Below are positions 60,010-64,000 of a DNA stretch of 64,000 nucleotides, piece by piece (positions within the stretch are counted from its first letter, which is position 1; every line of letters starts with the position of its first letter). Position numbers and translations under genes: made by a program. The stretch is from assembly GCF_009914755.1 (NCBI RefSeq), contig NC_060944.1; one strand, written 5' to 3'. Below the pieces are notes generated by a model. That model saw only the letters and a list, made by a program, of their open reading frames with translations, ran no database searches and was not told the DNA's origin. Origin of the DNA: the human T2T-CHM13v2.0 reference genome, Homo sapiens.

Positions 60010-60960
60010 AAGTATCAGTCAGGAGTGTTTCTGCTGTTGCAGAAACCCAACTAAATTTGGTTGAAGCATGAGGAGAATCAACTTTTATTTTTGGTCACTT
60101 AATTGAAAACATCAGGACAAGTGCCAGCTTCCAGCACAGCTGGACCCAAGGGCCAACATGTGGCTCCAGGGACTCTCCCTCCGTTTCCAGTGCTGCACTC
60201 CAGCCTTTGCTGTGTCCCCACTCCTGGGTCAAGATGGCCTCTCAGCAACCGCAGAGCCAGGCAATTCTGTCTTTTCACGGATGAGAACAGAAAGTCCCAG
60301 AAGGAAGTCTCACTGGGTCTAGCCTGGTCACATGCCCATTTCTAAACCAATCGCTGTGACTGGGCCAGCCTAGAGCTAGGCAGAGCTGGCCCCCACGGAC
60401 AGAAAGGAGGAGACCCGTAGCTCCCGGGAGAATGCAGGTGCTGTTTCCAGAAGGGGCATCAAGGCCAGAAAGGCAAAGACAACAGGTGTCTATTATGCCA
60501 CCTGGCTGTACTTTTTGTGAGAACCGCTGTTATCACATGAAACACAAGGGCAGGAAGTGCAGTGGCCTCACACATTTCTTAAATGAGCACCTGAAAGGCC
60601 ACCAGGAATTGTGGCAGCCAAATCCTGGTCTCTCTATGACTCTGCCCACAGGTTTCCTCATCTCTGCTTCTCTCTTTTCCCTCTCCCTGTCTTCTTCCCT
60701 GAGCCCATGAGCAAACCCGACTGCCCCATAGCACCTGACAGCACAACCCCTTCCTTTAAGCAACAGCCCACAAGACTCACCACATTCTCAAGACAGAGAA
60801 TCTGATCACCTCAACCAGTCAGGTGCCCGTCTTTGTGCAGTCAATTCTGGCTGGAGGGCAGGGTTGAGTAGCTTGTACGCGTGGTTTCATGGGGTAGTTG
60901 CACCTGTTTCAAAGAGAGATGGGTCACCACAAACTGGGCAGAAACCACACGATATGTCCA
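60010..60960. mobile_element. Old MLT1 (MaLR) LTR relics (similar relics at ~32690-33170, 34318-34760, 35260-35670)
   Basis: CTGGTCACATGCCCATTTCTAAACCAATCGCTGTG and AGAGAATCTGAT...CAGGTGCCC motifs. Confidence 0.55.
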
Positions 60961-63900
60961 TGATGCTCTGCAGCTGAATGAAGTTATCTACAAAGAAACT
61001 GAAGCCAAGGCCAGGCAGAAGTCAGGCCTGAAGCTAAGAATTTGTTTCCCCAAGACAGGAACATTCCTGCATCTGGAGGCTGAGGCTGCTTGGACAGAGA
61101 AGTGCATCCAGCTGCCAAGGTGAAGCTCTGAAGGGGCCTGTCCATGAGAGCAGGGCCAAGAACGCCTAAGCCCACCAGTAAGATGCAAGAACACCTGTGC
61201 GAAATAATAATAATGATCATAGCTGGGTGTGGTGCCTGACAGCTGTAATCCCAGCACTCAGGGAGACAGAGGCAGGAGGATCACTTGAGCCCAGGAGTTT
61301 GAGACCAGCCTGGGCAACCTGGCAACCCCTTCCCCACACCCCTTGTCTCCACAAAAACGACAAAAAATTTTTAAAATGATAATAATATAAAATAGCACTA
61401 ATAATAAATGTTATTCAGTGCTGCTGACCAGGTATCACTCTAGACACTTAAATGAACAGCATTTTTGCTTTTTTGTTTCTTTGTTTTTGAGACAGAGCCT
61501 CACTCTGTCCCCCAGGCTGGAGTGCAGTGGCACCATCTTGGCTTATTGCAAACTCTGCCTCCTGGGTTCAAGTGATTTTCATGTCTCAGCCTCCAGAGCA
61601 GCTGGGATTACAAGCGTGTGCCACCACGCCCAGCTAATTTTTTGTATTTTTAGTGGAGACGGGGGTTTCACCATGTTGGTCAGGCTGGTCTCAAACTTCT
61701 GGCCTCAAAGTGATCCACCCGTCTCAGCCTCCCGAAGTGCTGGGATTACAGGCGTTAGCCACTGTGCCTGACCTAAATGCGCAGCATTTTTAAGCCTAAT
61801 GATACAGTCAGATGGGTATTTATTATCCTCATTTACAGAACATATATTGAATGAGTGAGCATTAACTGATCTTTCACCTTATTAATTCACTTAGTCATTC
61901 ACTCACTCAATGGATAAACAATTAATGAATGCCAACTATATGCCAAATACCATGTGTGCTGGGTGTTGGGACACAAGCAGTCCTGTCTTTGTGAATGTTA
62001 CAGTAAAATGTTGGAGGCTCTGAAGGGTGAGTGGTCATTAATTAGACGGTTAGACTAATAAGAGGGGAAGGGAAAGGCATTCCAGGTAGAAGGAACTCCA
62101 TGTGCTAAGGCACTGTGGGGGAAGGGCATGTGTGGGGTGGGAGCAATGCCTGTTGACTGATGGTGTGCCAGAGAGGCAGAGAGCCACGCAGTTTACACCT
62201 GCTGGCTCACTGACCCTTACCACAGTCCTGTGAGATAGCTACTGCTATTAATATCATTTTGTAGATGAGGAAATCGAGGCACAGAGAAGGTAAGTAACTT
62301 TCCCAAGGACACACAGCACCATTAGCAGTGAAAGAGCAGCAGTTATAACCCAGGCCTGTGACCAGAATTCTGAACATCTCTAATCTTTAAGTAAAGGAAG
62401 GCAGGAGAAATTGGTCCATTTGGGGCAGGTGTGTTTTCTGGGAACCTTCCAGCACTATTTTCACTTGCAGCTGTAGCCACAGGCTACATAGATGATTTCC
62501 AGAATGGAGGGGAAGAAGAGTGCACCCAGCCTTTCCTGGCCACAGGCAGGAATCCTTTTAGCCAGTTATTAATGCTCAGCCACAGGAGATGCCGCAGTGA
62601 GACACACAGAGGAGCCAGACCAGGGAGAGGCAGCAAGAAAGACAGCATTGATCCTGGAGGTATACATTTAGGAGAGAGAACCTGTCAGAACAGAAAGAGC
62701 TTGGACTTGGGACCAGGCCAACCTCAGCCCAAATGGCAGCCCTGCTACCCACCAGCTCTGTGACCTTAAGTAAGTTTCCTCTTAGTCTCCAGTTCTTTAT
62801 TCAAGCAGAGTAAAAGTATGCTTCCCGCCTCCCTCCCACCTCCATCCTGTAGCCAACAGTCCCCCCTCCCCAGAGGCATGCACTATGACTAGTTTCATGC
62901 ATCATCTTCCGGGTAAATTGTAGAGAGACAGACGGATGAATAGAAGTATATATGTGTGTGTATAATATAGTACACACATATATGCAAATATTGTAACTAT
63001 TGGGATGCTTTGACTAAGTACAAAAAAACCTACAGATGCAAGATTTACTTATTAAGAACTGTGGAGATAATAAATGCCTAATTTCTGTGTCCAACTGCTC
63101 ATTAATGTCTAGTAAGAATCTCAAATTTAACATGGTTAAGATTAAACTTTTATTGTTATTATTATTATTTTGAGACAGAGCCTCACTCCGCTGCCCTGGA
63201 GTGCAGTGGTGCAATCTTGGCTTACTGCAGCATCAACTTCCCAGGCTCAAGCAATCCTCCCACCTCAGCCTCCTGGGACTGCAGGTGCACACCACCACGC
63301 CTGTCTAATAAAATTAAACTTTATGATTCCTCACCCTCCAAACCTGTTTCTCCCTTACTAAATACCTGGTTACTCAAGCCAAAAATACACTGAAATAATT
63401 CTGGATTTTTCTCTCTTTCACTCACTTTTTTTGGGGGGTGCTGGGGTGCAGTGGCGCCACCTCAGCTCACTGAAACCTCCACCTCCTGGGTTCAAGGAGA
63501 TTCTTGCGCACCAGCCACTGGAGTAGCTGATTACAAGTGTGTGCCACCATGCCCAGGTTTTTTTTTTTTGTTTTTTTTTTTTTTGGTATTTTTAGTAGAG
63601 ACAGGGTTTCGCCATGTTGGCCAGGCTGGTCTCGAACTCCTCACCTGAAGTCATCCACTTGCCTTGGCCTACCAAAGTGCTAGGATTACAGGCATGAGCC
63701 ACCGCACCTGGCCTTTCACTCACTTTTTACATCTGATTCATCACCTAGTCCTGTCCAGCTTTTCTGAAAATCTAGAGATAGATCCACCATTAAGTGAATG
63801 AAGCAAAGCTGAGATCAGGGCTCTTCAATTGCACAGCCCCTTCCAAATCTAGCAATATGTTCACACAGTCATGTGTTTCTGCAACATCTGCAAAGGTAAG

Positions 63901-64000
63901 TATTTTAGCTGCAACTGGTTAGACAAGGTCTCTCCAGCTCCCCAACGTTGTCTGCCTGGGAATGTGCATCGGGTGGCATTTGGGGAGCTATGGGCAGGGA

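Noticed and set aside
62948-62983. 12-bp inverted repeat ATATATGTGTGT / ACACACATATAT
   Set aside because: Arises trivially from TA/TG low-complexity sequence.

Overview
Human (primate) genomic DNA, very Alu-rich (about 80 Alu copies or fragments by manual count). A CpG island at ~22.7-23.7 kb holds the promoter and first coding exon of B4GALT5 (beta-1,4-galactosyltransferase 5 / lactosylceramide synthase; chr20q13.13 from recall) on the minus strand. Bases 1-23137 are the 5' part of its large intron 1, and ~23.5-64 kb is upstream intergenic DNA. That upstream DNA contains a full-length 7SL (SRP RNA) retrocopy, a processed SNRPF pseudogene interrupted by an Alu, and ERV1/MaLR LTRs, DNA transposons, MIR, L2 and L1 relics. 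Almost all other ORFs in the track are Alu-derived or GC-rich artefacts. Signals the standard features do not explain: (1) a degenerate ~37-bp tandem array (core AACATTCCATGATT, containing TEAD-type ACATTCC sites) at 39.5-40.8 kb whose phase survives an Alu insertion; (2) strongly asymmetric decay of the SNRPF retrocopy; (3) a 101-bp, 95%-identical, hairpin-bounded duplication in intron 1 plus several other short templated duplications; (4) a 100-codon overlapping uORF whose stop is the last three bases of exon 1; (5) a kB/GAS/D-box/GATA motif cluster at ~57.4-57.8 kb. Repeat family names come from recalled consensus sequences and repeat boundaries are approximate; no searches were run.
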